Shown: positions 28,717-38,940, numbered from the stretch's first letter. The stretch: DNA of 64,000 nucleotides from Prevotella sp. (GCA_031285625.1 JAITVV010000063.1:32001-96000); one strand, 5' to 3'. Notes: a model not told the origin generated them from the sequence alone. A program made the numbers and translations.

Positions 28717-29113
28717 TTAATCTGGTTTCTTAATATGTATCTGTATTGGTAATTTTTGATAAACACGGACTGATTTTCCTTTATGTTTGCCAGGAGTCCA
28801 TTTTGGCATGCCCTGCATTGCTTTCTTGAAAGCGTTATTAATCGCATCTCCTCTTTCGCTTTTAACTTCTATATTTGAAAGAGATCCGTCAGTTTCTACA
28901 ATAAATTTGATATTTATTCTTCCTTGTCTGAGATAAGCTTCTTCTGGCATTTCCGATAGATCTACATTACTATAAATATAGCGGTTCATTTCACTTTCCC
29001 CTCCGGGAAAAGAAGGCATTTGCTCTACAAATGTATATACTGTCCTGCTTATTTTGTGCATTACAAGACATAAAGCCTATCCAACATATAAATAGCAGGA
29101 AATACTTGCTCAT
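28717..29113 (-). pseudogene. TonB C-terminal domain protein, apparently frameshifted (intact domain in ORF 28717..29061)
   Basis: VEQMPSFPGG...FIVETDG...MPKWTPG...V.V...LPI is a TonB_C domain. A signal-peptide ORF starting at ATG 29113 (overlapping the rlmB stop) lies in a different frame. Confidence 0.7.
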
Positions 29114-29850
29114 TTCAGACCCTTTTGTCGTATTACCTCATAAATTAGTACGCCAGCTGCTACAGACACATTAAGCGAGCCAATGGTACCAAATTGAGGA
29201 ATCACCACAAGATTGTCTGCAATCCGGAGATTATCATTAGATACACCTGTATCCTCTGCCCCCATAACGAACGCAACAGGGCCAGAATAGTCTACCTCAG
29301 TGTAATTATCTGCCCCTCGCTCTGTGGCAGCAACAACTTTAACTCCACTATTTTTAAGAAACTGGATTGCAGCAGTAAGACTTTGTTCTTTACAAACAGG
29401 TATTTTAAGTAATGCTCCGGCCGAAGTTTTTACAGCATCAGCATTCACTGTAACGCTTCCTTTTGCGGGAATAACGATGGCATCGACCCCTGCGACTTCG
29501 CATGTACGGGCAATAGCTCCGAAATTACGAACATCGGTAATGCCATCCAGAACAAGAATAAAAGGATCTTTTCCTTTTTCGTATAAGAAAGGGATAATAT
29601 CTTCGATCCGCTCATAAGTGATAGCGGAAAGAAAAGCAATAACACCCTGATGATTCTTGCGGGTAAAGCGGTCGAGGCGTTCCATTGGTACCCGTTGCAC
29701 AGGAATATCATGAGACTTCAAGGCAACAAATAATTCTTTTGAAAGGTCGCCTTGTAATTCACGACGAACAATCACTTTATCTATTTCTTTCCCGGCTTCA
29801 ATGGCTTCTAATACAGCCCGTATTCCGAAAATCATTTCTTTTTCTTTCAT
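29110..29850 (-). CDS. rlmB: 23S rRNA G2251 2'-O-methyltransferase (SpoU family)
   Basis: NHQGV, LDGITDVRNFGAIART, VMGAEDTG, SLNVSVA. Confidence 0.93.
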   Translation of the reverse strand: MKEKEMIFGIRAVLEAIEAGKEIDKVIVRRELQGDLSKELFVALKSHDIPVQRVPMERLDRFTRKNHQGVIAFLSAITYERIEDIIPFLYEKGKDPFILVLDGITDVRNFGAIARTCEVAGVDAIVIPAKGSVTVNADAVKTSAGALLKIPVCKEQSLTAAIQFLKNSGVKVVAATERGADNYTEVDYSGPVAFVMGAEDTGVSNDNLRIADNLVVIPQFGTIGSLNVSVAAGVLIYEVIRQKGLK

Positions 29851-29874
29851 TCTGCTTTATTTAAGGTCACAGAC

Positions 29875-31548
29875 CTAATTATTTTGAGATTTATTACTTA
29901 TACGAGCCAATTTACTCTTTCTATACCCATATGCAAAATAGATAATCAAGCCTATTGCCAACCAGATCATAAACATCACCCAGTTTGTCCAGCCCAATTC
30001 TGTCATTAAATATAAATTTGTAAGGATTCCCATAATAGGAAGTAATGAAAATTTATATTTAAATGCTGCTATTGATAATCCAAGCCATACCAAACCAAAA
30101 ACGAGTAAAAGAGGCTTTCCGCTAATGATATCAATATAATCTGTCTTACTGACAAACAAATATACTGCAACTATGAATAAAATAAAAATGATATACTGTC
30201 CATTTATGTATGGAACCTTGAATTTAGCCTTCTTGCTTTCCCCTTTGTGATCAAGAAATAACACTCCGGCACATACAAGAATAAATGCAAAAAATGTACC
30301 TACACTAGTCAAGTCTACCACAAATTGCATATCCAGAAAAAGAGATGGGATACAAACTAAAACACCTGTCATTATGGTTGAAAAAGAAGGAGTTTTGTAC
30401 TTAGGGTGTATCTTGGAAAACTTAGGCCAAAGCAGGCCATCGCGGCTCATTGTCATCCATATGCGCGGCTGCCCTATCTGAAATACAAGTATAGCGCTGG
30501 TAATTGCAATAATAGCAGTAAAGGATATTACTCCTGCTACAAAATCCATATCCACCAACTGAAATACATATGCCAGAGGATCGTCGACACCTAATTCTTT
30601 ATAGCTGACCATACCTGTAAGGACAAGTGCTATAGCTACATATAATATTGTACAGATACCTAAGCAATACAACATGGCGCGCGGCATATCCCTTTGGGGA
30701 TTCTTGCTTTCTTCGGCTGTGGTAGATATAGAATCAAATCCGATAAAGGCAAAGAAAACAGCAGCTACGCCACCCAGCACTCCTTGTATACCATTGGGAG
30801 CAAAAGGAGACCAGTTTTCAGGCTTTACAAAAAATGCCCCGATAAGGATAACTGCAAGGATGATTCCTATTTTAAGAAATACAAGCAGATTATTTACCAT
30901 TTTTGATTCCTTGATTCCTAAAAAAACGAGAAAAGTAAGTGCAGTTACTACAAGTCCGGCAGGGAGATTAACTAATATTTTTGTTCCGAATAGTTCCGGA
31001 GCATTTTGATAGATTTGTGCTGCCTTTAAAGTATGTGCGGGTAAATCTGCACCACCCTGCAGTACAGCATTGTATGCCTTATGTGCAGTGGAGTAACCTA
31101 TAGCAAGCCAGTCGGGCCAGGCAACTCCAAACCCCTGCAAAAGAGTAGTAAAATATTCAGACCAGGAGATAGCTATCACCATATTGGAAACTGCATATTC
31201 AAGTATCAACGCCCAACCTATTACCCATGCAAATATTTCACCTAACGACACATAAGTATATGTATAAGCACTACCGCTTACTGAAATCATAGATGCAAAC
31301 TGGGCATAGCACAGTGCTGTAAACACACAGGCTATAGCTACAAAAACGAAAAGGAGAGACACTGCAGGCCCTCCATGAAAAGCAGCACGCCCAATAGTGC
31401 TGAAAATACCAGCACCTACTATAGCAGCAATACCAAAAAGTGTCAGATCCCTGACACCTAATACTCTTTTCATTCCTGAACTGATGGAATCGCCTTCATC
31501 GGAGATACTATCAATACTCTTTTTACGTATAAAGGAATTTAAACTCAT
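29875..31548 (-). CDS. APC-family amino acid permease
   Basis: GIAAIVGAGIF, GSAYTY, FAFIGFD, MSRDGLL; many TM segments. Confidence 0.94.
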   Translation of the reverse strand: MSLNSFIRKKSIDSISDEGDSISSGMKRVLGVRDLTLFGIAAIVGAGIFSTIGRAAFHGGPAVSLLFVFVAIACVFTALCYAQFASMISVSGSAYTYTYVSLGEIFAWVIGWALILEYAVSNMVIAISWSEYFTTLLQGFGVAWPDWLAIGYSTAHKAYNAVLQGGADLPAHTLKAAQIYQNAPELFGTKILVNLPAGLVVTALTFLVFLGIKESKMVNNLLVFLKIGIILAVILIGAFFVKPENWSPFAPNGIQGVLGGVAAVFFAFIGFDSISTTAEESKNPQRDMPRAMLYCLGICTILYVAIALVLTGMVSYKELGVDDPLAYVFQLVDMDFVAGVISFTAIIAITSAILVFQIGQPRIWMTMSRDGLLWPKFSKIHPKYKTPSFSTIMTGVLVCIPSLFLDMQFVVDLTSVGTFFAFILVCAGVLFLDHKGESKKAKFKVPYINGQYIIFILFIVAVYLFVSKTDYIDIISGKPLLLVFGLVWLGLSIAAFKYKFSLLPIMGILTNLYLMTELGWTNWVMFMIWLAIGLIIYFAYGYRKSKLARISNKSQNN

Positions 31549-32094
31549 TTATAATTGTTCTATATTAATAGATTTTTCAGAACCCGGCATTATATGAATT
31601 GAACCTATTTTGGCAGACGAAGCTTTCTTAATAATATATGCCAGTTTACGTGAAGCTTTGTTTATTTCTGTCCAATTCCAAAGATCAGGATTGGCCATTT
31701 CCGGATATGTTGAATACCAGTTATTTGCCCTTACCTGACTATTATGTTTTATAGTAGAGTACTCAAGCTTGTTATTCCAAACCTTACCAAAATATAATTG
31801 TATTAATCCCCAGCCCTCTGAACTATAGCGAAAAGTATAACCATTACAATATTCCGGATCTAAGTTCACTTTTCTAAATATAACCTTTCCTCCAAAATCA
31901 GGAGAATATATATTAAAGTGGCCTGCACGTTTTTCTGTTTCTATTTTATGCTCTATTTCTTCCAATGTCGGATATTTTACAATTTCTTCTCCATAGCTGG
32001 AATATAAATCATATATTTCCCAATTTGTTTCATTGAAGATGAAGTCCAGAATAATTTTCCGATCATTCTTTTCTGCATAGAAATTAAAGTTCAT
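31549..32094 (-). CDS. Hypothetical protein
   Basis: 181-aa ORF; its start overlaps the GNAT stop (ATGA) and its stop abuts the permease start. Confidence 0.75.
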   Translation of the reverse strand: MNFNFYAEKNDRKIILDFIFNETNWEIYDLYSSYGEEIVKYPTLEEIEHKIETEKRAGHFNIYSPDFGGKVIFRKVNLDPEYCNGYTFRYSSEGWGLIQLYFGKVWNNKLEYSTIKHNSQVRANNWYSTYPEMANPDLWNWTEINKASRKLAYIIKKASSAKIGSIHIMPGSEKSINIEQL

Positions 32095-33020
32095 AAATCT
32101 ATTGTATAAATGTCATATACTGTGGCTCTGGCTCCGAACCCCTCTTTTTGCTGTATCAGACTTTCGTTGAGATATAATCCATTTTCTTCGGTGGAAACAC
32201 CATAGTCAAAATAGCTTTTATCGGGATAGGAGTTAATTATATGATCAACCAACAAATCTGTGGCTCCTGATTCTTTCCCGTTATCAGAAGCAGCAATATA
32301 TTGTACATGTGCAACTGTTTTTGTTTCAAATACGACTGAACCAGCAATTAAGTTAACCTCATCTTTCACCACATATAAATGAATATTCTCCGGAAATTTA
32401 TTTTTCAGATATACGATTTCTTCCAAGGAGTGAACCGGTTGCTTATTATATCTTGTTTGTAAATTCTCACTTAATATATTCCAAAAAGCAGCAAAATCCT
32501 GAGACTCTTCAATTTTCAAGTTGCTTTTTTCAGCTTTCTTTATTCCACGTTTGCGAAGTTCCGAGTATTTTAATCTTTCGGCCAGATATATTGTGGATGA
32601 GATATTGCGCTCTGTTAATACTGCATTATACCTGAACAAAGCATATAAATCTTCTTCTGATGGTTGCTGATGATAGATATGCGGGACAGTTTTATATCTG
32701 ATTTTTTTTATACCCTGATGACGGAATGTAACAGTCAGGTATTCAAATATAGACAATACATCTTTAGCTTTAGTATCAGCATTCATTATGAGCCCTCCAT
32801 AGGTGAGCCCTTTGTGAGAATAGAAGACTTTATCTTCTATATGTCCGGGCATTATAGCTATAAGCTTCCCTTTCTCATAAAACAACAGCGAGTAGTCATT
32901 AAAGCGACTTCCATGATATTCCATAAAATCCCTAAGATGAAGGAAAGTTCCATTCTTGGATTTGAGGACGAAATTATCCCATTCAGTTCTGAGTTCAGAT
33001 GTGTACAATTTAATTTCCAT
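32091..33020 (-). CDS. FemAB-like GNAT-fold acyl/aminoacyl transferase
   Basis: EWDNFV..SKNGTFLH.RDFMEYH, SHKGLTYGG, RKRGIKKA, YFDYGVSTE, QKEGFGAR; likely start MEIKLY at 33020. Confidence 0.82.
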   Translation of the reverse strand: MEIKLYTSELRTEWDNFVLKSKNGTFLHLRDFMEYHGSRFNDYSLLFYEKGKLIAIMPGHIEDKVFYSHKGLTYGGLIMNADTKAKDVLSIFEYLTVTFRHQGIKKIRYKTVPHIYHQQPSEEDLYALFRYNAVLTERNISSTIYLAERLKYSELRKRGIKKAEKSNLKIEESQDFAAFWNILSENLQTRYNKQPVHSLEEIVYLKNKFPENIHLYVVKDEVNLIAGSVVFETKTVAHVQYIAASDNGKESGATDLLVDHIINSYPDKSYFDYGVSTEENGLYLNESLIQQKEGFGARATVYDIYTIDL

Positions 33021-33762
33021 GCCGACGGTATTTAATGAAGTCTGAATATGTATGGATGTAGTTATCTGCATCATATTTATCGGATGCCAAAACAAGACAA
33101 ACTACATCTTGCGAATATTCTTTCTCGACAGCCCATATACCCGGAGGAATGTGAAGTCCGCATGCCGGATCATCAAGAGTGGCCGTTTTTTTGTTTATGC
33201 CATCATCTAACTCGACATCGAAACTACCATTTGCAGCTATCAGAATCTCATGACAAAACTTATGTGCATGCATACCTCTCTTTTCGCCGGCAGGTATATC
33301 TGAAATATAAAATATCCGCTTCATACTGAAAGGAATATTCTCATTTGTCGAGATTATATTTTCACCGGATGCAGAGAGTTTGATAACAGAGCAATCGTCT
33401 ACAGAATATTCCTTCAGGAAAAGATTGGATTCTCCCCCTTTATTCGTTAGACTGAAAGATATAATTAAGTAAATAGTATCTGGCGATGTATTTTTTATAG
33501 TTCGTTGTACGTTAACTGGAATATATAGTCCCTTATTGGGTTGATCAAGCATATATTCTCTATCTTTTTCTATAGTGATATCAAGAGAACCGGAAAGAGC
33601 AATAAGCATTTCTTCTCCTAGTTTTGGGGGTTGGTTTGAAACACCACTTACCCATGAAACCTGCGATATATAAAAAGGAATATGTCGCTCTATTTCCGCA
33701 AAATAAAGATTTCCGCGCTCATCTGTAATTTTAGGTAATTCAATTATCTTTTCTCTTTCCAT
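33010..33762 (-). CDS. Tandem FdtA/QdtA (WxcM-like) cupin-domain sugar 3,4-ketoisomerase
   Basis: Two cupin repeats: DERGNL...IPF...ALSGS...LDQPNKGLYIP and IPFSMKRIFYI...RGMHAH...LDDPACGLHIPPGIW...LVLAS..YD..NYI. Confidence 0.85.
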   Translation of the reverse strand: MEREKIIELPKITDERGNLYFAEIERHIPFYISQVSWVSGVSNQPPKLGEEMLIALSGSLDITIEKDREYMLDQPNKGLYIPVNVQRTIKNTSPDTIYLIISFSLTNKGGESNLFLKEYSVDDCSVIKLSASGENIISTNENIPFSMKRIFYISDIPAGEKRGMHAHKFCHEILIAANGSFDVELDDGINKKTATLDDPACGLHIPPGIWAVEKEYSQDVVCLVLASDKYDADNYIHTYSDFIKYRRHGN

Positions 33763-33774
33763 GGCAAGCTAGTT

Positions 33775-35049
33775 TTATCTTAACCAAGGTTCAGGATTCA
33801 TCTTATTAGTACCTTGCCACAACTGGAAGTGCATCTGAGAATAACCTGTGTCTGAGTCTGTATATACCTTACCTAAAGACTGTCCGGTTTTCACAGAATC
33901 TCCCTGCTTTACATATATAGTTTGTATATTTCCATAGAAGGTATAATAATTACCATGACGAACAATGATACAGGTGTTATAGCCTGGTATAGCTGCCACA
34001 TAGGTAACTTCACCATTAAAGACTGCTTTTGCATCAGCTCCTGCCTGAGAGCGTATATCTATACCGCTACTAGATGTGGTAACATTCCACTTGCTATGCT
34101 GATGGTTTCCAAACCGGGTAGTAATTGTATAATTTCCCGAAATAGGATAAGGGAGTTTACCCTTATTGGCTGCAAAATTATTTGATAAGACTATATTCTC
34201 AGGGCTGACAGTTGCTTTTGCAGTGCGCGTGATCGTCCTTTTCTCGCCAGATCTTGTTCTTGTCTTGCTTTTGGCAGCCTCCGCACGTGCTTTTTCTTCC
34301 GCTTTGCGTTTTGCCTCCCGTTCCTGGCGGGCAACTTCTTCTGCTATCAATTTTGCAATCTGACGATCAAGTGCTTCTGCCTGTTTTTGCTTTTGTAACA
34401 ATATCTTTTGAAGATCTTTCTGCTTGTTTTGAGCTTCGGTGACCTCTTTTTGATAATTTGTTTCTTCCTGTTTAAGCTTCTCTTGCTCACTTTCCCGGAG
34501 GCCGATTAATGTCACTTTCTCTGATCTAACCTTGGTAAGAGCTTCTTTCCTGTCTTTCAGCTTGGCGCTTTTCTCTTTTATCTCATCTGCCTGATTGCTT
34601 CTCCATTCCGAATATTCACGTAAATACCGCACCCTCCTGTATGATTCTGTTAATGATTTTCCGGATAATACAAACAGCAGCTTATTCTCACTTTGTCTGT
34701 TACGTTGCATTGCATCGATAGCCTTAGCATAACTTGCCTGTTTATCCTTTAATTCAGCTTCCAGATTTAGTACTTCTTTTTCTATTTGTTGCTGTTCTAC
34801 TGAGATTCCTGTTACTTCCTGTTCGAGAAGCCCCAGTACTTTTTGGCGTGAAAATATTTGATTTGATATCAGCTTAACCCTGTCAAGAAGGTTCTCTGTT
34901 GTTTTTTTTGTATCACGCAGCAATTGATCAGTATTCGATATTTCACGCAGGGCATCTTTCCTTTGCTTTTCCAGAGCCTTTATTTTGGCAGTTTGGGCAA
35001 AAGACGAGATACTAACAGTTAAAACAACAAAAAGAACTAATATTCTCAT
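33775..35049 (-). CDS. envC: Murein hydrolase activator EnvC (coiled coil + degenerate M23)
   Basis: Signal peptide, long coiled coil, KGKLPYP, GIDI, IVRHG.Y.TFYGN, NPEPWL; Zn ligands degenerate. Confidence 0.88.
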   Translation of the reverse strand: MRILVLFVVLTVSISSFAQTAKIKALEKQRKDALREISNTDQLLRDTKKTTENLLDRVKLISNQIFSRQKVLGLLEQEVTGISVEQQQIEKEVLNLEAELKDKQASYAKAIDAMQRNRQSENKLLFVLSGKSLTESYRRVRYLREYSEWRSNQADEIKEKSAKLKDRKEALTKVRSEKVTLIGLRESEQEKLKQEETNYQKEVTEAQNKQKDLQKILLQKQKQAEALDRQIAKLIAEEVARQEREAKRKAEEKARAEAAKSKTRTRSGEKRTITRTAKATVSPENIVLSNNFAANKGKLPYPISGNYTITTRFGNHQHSKWNVTTSSSGIDIRSQAGADAKAVFNGEVTYVAAIPGYNTCIIVRHGNYYTFYGNIQTIYVKQGDSVKTGQSLGKVYTDSDTGYSQMHFQLWQGTNKMNPEPWLR

Positions 35050-35901
35050 TTAGGGTAAAGATGACATAAATTGTTTCAGCGTTTTTTTACTGTAACTTGA
35101 CGAGATATTGTTATTTATTTCGAATCCTTTTTCGTTGATATTCAGCTTTGAATAAGATATTTCAATGCTACCACTCTTCTTCATTGCATCCACCTTTGCA
35201 TTCATTACAGTAGGATATACCAACTTGTTGTCAGGGTCTTTAATAAAATCATTATATATCCACTGGATGGTAACATTCTTTTCCTTATTCTTGTTCGCAT
35301 TGGAAATAACAGTAGACACAATACGATCAGAAGCATCTATCGTAAAATTATAGATCATGCTCTTTTTCCCTTTCGCCTGTAATATATAGTGATTGTCGAT
35401 TGCTGTTATATCGTAGTTGTCATAATCCGATTGAGAAACTCCTTTTTTTCCGGCAAGAAAAAGATTGTTAGTCATTAAAGCCTGTAAGTTATAATAATTA
35501 AAATCTATAACATCTTTCAGGGCACTTATATCTTCTGCTACATATTGTTTTTTCAGGCGGTTGATGGCATATATACTGTCAGGTGTAATAGTTACGCGAG
35601 CAACTTCTGTACCCAGAAACCGGACTGACACCTGCATCATACTATCCTTTACAATCTTAAAAGCAGCAGAAGCTTTTTTGCCTGAGCCATTTATTTCATA
35701 GCCAATATTTCCTTTTGCTGAAATTGTTTTAAAATCAATCTGTGCCTGTAATACATCTTTAAGAACTTCGTCTTGGGATTTTTCTACTAATGTACCCCCT
35801 CCTGAAATCACATTCTTTTTAGACTTGCAACTGCTTATAAAAAGCAAGATAAAAAGTACAGACAGAAGAGAGACTGTATTATATATTTTGAATGCTTTCA
35901 T
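35050..35901 (-). CDS. DUF4292 lipoprotein
   Basis: Lipobox ISSC-KSKK; LGTEVARV.ITPDS..AINR; usual position between TPR and envC genes. Confidence 0.8.
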   Translation of the reverse strand: MKAFKIYNTVSLLSVLFILLFISSCKSKKNVISGGGTLVEKSQDEVLKDVLQAQIDFKTISAKGNIGYEINGSGKKASAAFKIVKDSMMQVSVRFLGTEVARVTITPDSIYAINRLKKQYVAEDISALKDVIDFNYYNLQALMTNNLFLAGKKGVSQSDYDNYDITAIDNHYILQAKGKKSMIYNFTIDASDRIVSTVISNANKNKEKNVTIQWIYNDFIKDPDNKLVYPTVMNAKVDAMKKSGSIEISYSKLNINEKGFEINNNISSSYSKKTLKQFMSSLP

Positions 35902-37664
35902 TATTCAGCAACATACGTTTTTGATTCTATTTTTTTATCAAGGGTCTTTGATTTACTATCCCCCTTTTCTTTTGCTTTTATCCAGTATTCGAGAGCCTTT
36001 TCCGGTTCATCGGTTTTATACAGGACATCACCATAATGCTCTAGGACCTCACTACTGATCTCCTCCTTCTTTTCTTCGCTATACTTTATAGCATTTTCGA
36101 TATATATTTTTGCCATGGTAAAAGCTCCCTGCTCAAACAATACCCAACCATATGTATCCAGATAGGTCGGATTGGTCGGTTCCGCTTTTACGGTCATGCT
36201 ACTCATACGTTCAGCCTTGTCCAGATCTTTCTTCGCCAGAGATAAAAAATAACTATAATTATTAAGCACCCCTACATTACCAGGATTATATTTCAGCGCT
36301 TTATCATATGTAGTAAAAGCGCTATCCAATTTCTCAAGATGATAGTATAAATCTCCTATCTGCCCATAAAAATCAGATAATAGAGCTACATTTTCTTCAT
36401 CAACATACACTACCCCTTTCTGCAAAGCATCGAGCGCATTCGTATAATCTTCCTTCATATATTCCGATACTCCCAGATAAAAGTAAAACTGGGGCTGATC
36501 GGGAATATAGGAAATAGCATCCTTACATATTTTGATCGACATATCCAGGCTATCAGGAAAAGTTGTGCTTAGCAACTGCTCCCATCCTACAGGATTTGTC
36601 GGATTTGCTTCAGCAAATATCTGATATTGAACACGCGCTTCCTCTTTTTTCGTTTGCATAGCTAAAAGATTACCATACATAAGATTTAGTTTTGGTTCCT
36701 GCGGATGCTGTATCATCAGAGAGTCAAACAAAACATTGGCAACTTGTGTATCTTGCCTGTTTTGCTGTAATGACCCTACATATTGCGCAAGAACAGCCAA
36801 TTTGGTATCTATATCCATTTTAGGGCTTACAAGTGCCAAATGAAGCTCTTCTTCTGCAGCTTCTTTATTATTTGTCTGCTCGTAGTATTCTGCAATTGAC
36901 GAAATTAGATAAGGATCCTCCGGATCAATCGCCTTGGCTTTGCTGTATACCATATAAGCCTCTTTCATTTTCCCGGCTTGCATATATAGATTTCCTAACA
37001 GTATCTGATATTTTATCTCACTTGGGTATTTATCTATATATTTCTGGATTTCCGCAAAGGCTCTGTTCTCTTGCTTCAACATAGTGTAGAGCTGATACTT
37101 CTGTATACTGATCTTCTCTACCAGACCAATGATCTGTTCCAGTTTATCAAGTGTTGAAATAGCTTTTTGCAAATCGCCATCCATTCTGTATGCCTCTGAT
37201 AAATAAATATACAGTTCCGAATTATCGGGATTGTTAGCCAGTAATTTTTCAAACTGTTCTATGGCATCACTATATTGTTTAAAATCGAGGCAAAGACTGG
37301 CATATGCCATATTAAAATAAAAATTATTACCATCATAAGCAGAAGCTTTGCGGTAGTAATCAAGCGCCTTATTTTTATTATTAAGAGAATTAAAGTAACT
37401 ACCCAATTCGTAATAAACGGTTGCGTTGGTAGAATCGATAGCCAGACAGTATTTTAGATAGTCGATAGCAGAATCATACTTATTAGCAGTCTTGGCATTC
37501 ATTGCTTCATAGAAATAGTAATCAAACTTACGCCTGTCATCCACAGAAAGATTTGCCATTGGCAGGTCTTTCGTGATTTTACTATTTGTATTTTGCTTTT
37601 GTGCAAACGATTTACCAAATGCAATTAATAAAATGAAGACAAAAAGATATATATTCTTTTGCAT
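35901..37664 (-). CDS. Tetratricopeptide repeat protein
   Basis: Signal peptide and multiple TPRs (LNNYSYFL, YLDTYGWVLF, EHYGDVLY). Confidence 0.9.
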   Translation of the reverse strand: MQKNIYLFVFILLIAFGKSFAQKQNTNSKITKDLPMANLSVDDRRKFDYYFYEAMNAKTANKYDSAIDYLKYCLAIDSTNATVYYELGSYFNSLNNKNKALDYYRKASAYDGNNFYFNMAYASLCLDFKQYSDAIEQFEKLLANNPDNSELYIYLSEAYRMDGDLQKAISTLDKLEQIIGLVEKISIQKYQLYTMLKQENRAFAEIQKYIDKYPSEIKYQILLGNLYMQAGKMKEAYMVYSKAKAIDPEDPYLISSIAEYYEQTNNKEAAEEELHLALVSPKMDIDTKLAVLAQYVGSLQQNRQDTQVANVLFDSLMIQHPQEPKLNLMYGNLLAMQTKKEEARVQYQIFAEANPTNPVGWEQLLSTTFPDSLDMSIKICKDAISYIPDQPQFYFYLGVSEYMKEDYTNALDALQKGVVYVDEENVALLSDFYGQIGDLYYHLEKLDSAFTTYDKALKYNPGNVGVLNNYSYFLSLAKKDLDKAERMSSMTVKAEPTNPTYLDTYGWVLFEQGAFTMAKIYIENAIKYSEEKKEEISSEVLEHYGDVLYKTDEPEKALEYWIKAKEKGDSKSKTLDKKIESKTYVAE

Positions 37665-37681
37665 ATAAAGAATTCGTCAAA

Positions 37682-38119
37682 TTATTGTTTTCCGGTATGC
37701 CCAAAGCCCCCGGCTCCACGTTCTGTTTCGCTTATAGTATCAACCTCTTCCCATTCAACTTGTGAATGCTGAGCTATTATCATCTGACATATCCGTTCTC
37801 CGTCGTTTATAACAAAGTCATCGTTAGATAAGTTGACAAGAATAACACGAATTTCACCACGATAGTCGGCATCTATAGTTCCAGGAGAATTCAATACAGT
37901 TAACCCATGTTTAGCAGCAAGACCACTTCGTGGGCGCACCTGAGCTTCAAAACCCTGTGGCAACTCGAGATACAAACCAGTAGGAACCATTGCCCGCTCC
38001 AAAGGTTTCAGTGTTATAGATGTTTCTATATTTGCCCGAAGATCAACTCCTGCAGAATATGGTGTAGCATATTCAGGTAACGGATGATGTGATTTATTTA
38101 TAATTTTTACTTTCATCAT
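37682..38119 (-). CDS. dut: dUTP diphosphatase
   Basis: [34 protein letters not shown]. Confidence 0.97.
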   Translation of the reverse strand: MMKVKIINKSHHPLPEYATPYSAGVDLRANIETSITLKPLERAMVPTGLYLELPQGFEAQVRPRSGLAAKHGLTVLNSPGTIDADYRGEIRVILVNLSNDDFVINDGERICQMIIAQHSQVEWEEVDTISETERGAGGFGHTGKQ

Positions 38120-38311
38120 TTTTATGTACAATCTGTTATAAGTTGCGAAATTAGTTAAATCTTTGCAATCTGCTTTGCTAATTGATAAAATTTAAGAATT
38201 TAATAATCAAGGAGGTTCGCTTTTCCTAAAATGATTCATGAAATAAGATGCTGTTTTGTATATTGGTCAACATTCAATATCTTTGCGCTCTAACAAAAAT
38301 ATATAATTAAA

Positions 38312-38809
38312 ATGGCGACAGCATATCATAATTTATCATCATACGATCCGGCTAGTGTGCCTAACGGAGCAGATATGAGAATCGGAATTGTAGTTTCCGA
38401 ATGGAATGACAATATAACCCGAGCTATGCTCGACGGAGCATGTAATGTATTAAAAAAACATGGGGTTAAAGAGGAAAACATCCTTATCGATTTCGTACCA
38501 GGAAGTTTTGAACTTATTTTCGGCGCAAAACATCTTGCCGAAAACAAGGATATAGATGCTGTAATAACACTGGGCTCTGTAGTAAGGGGTGACACACCAC
38601 ATTTTGACTATGTATGCAGTGGAGTAACACAAGGTATCGCTGATATGAACATCCGTTACGATATTCCATTTATATTCGGGCTTTTAACTACTGACAACAT
38701 GCAACAAGCAGAGGAAAGGGCCGGAGGAAGACATGGTAACAAAGGCGATGAATGTGCAATAACTGCATTAAAAATGATAGATTTTTATCGAAGAAATTTG
38801 GAGGAATAA
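38312..38809 (+). CDS. ribH: 6,7-dimethyl-8-ribityllumazine synthase
   Basis: [30 protein letters not shown]. Confidence 0.97.
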   Translation: MATAYHNLSSYDPASVPNGADMRIGIVVSEWNDNITRAMLDGACNVLKKHGVKEENILIDFVPGSFELIFGAKHLAENKDIDAVITLGSVVRGDTPHFDYVCSGVTQGIADMNIRYDIPFIFGLLTTDNMQQAEERAGGRHGNKGDECAITALKMIDFYRRNLEE

Positions 38810-38827
38810 ATAAAAGTATTACCTTTG
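38797..38827 (+). promoter_or_regulatory. Canonical Bacteroidetes promoter for the tRNA pair
   Basis: -33 TTTG at 38797-38800, 19-nt spacer, -7 TACCTTTG at 38820-38827. Confidence 0.75.
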
Positions 38828-38846
38828 CATTCGCAAAAGAATAATA

Positions 38847-38929
38847 GGGCAGTTACCAGAGTGGCCAAATGGGGTTGACTGTAACTCAACTAGCTTACGC
38901 TTACGGTGGTTCGAATCCATCACTGCCCA
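38847..38929 (+). tRNA. tRNA-Tyr (GTA)
   Basis: Acceptor stem GGGCAGT/ACTGCCC, anticodon arm GTTGA-CTGTAAC-TCAAC, long variable arm, GGTTCGAATCC. Confidence 0.97.
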
Positions 38930-38940
38930 CTTTATACTTT

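Noticed and set aside
29031-29042. ATGTATATACTG, resembling the mannoside operator
   Set aside because: Only 10/12 match, inside a coding region of an unrelated operon, with no promoter context.
38132-38311. FMN riboswitch upstream of ribH (or of ribD)
   Set aside because: The leaders are short and lack the conserved RFN sequence blocks.
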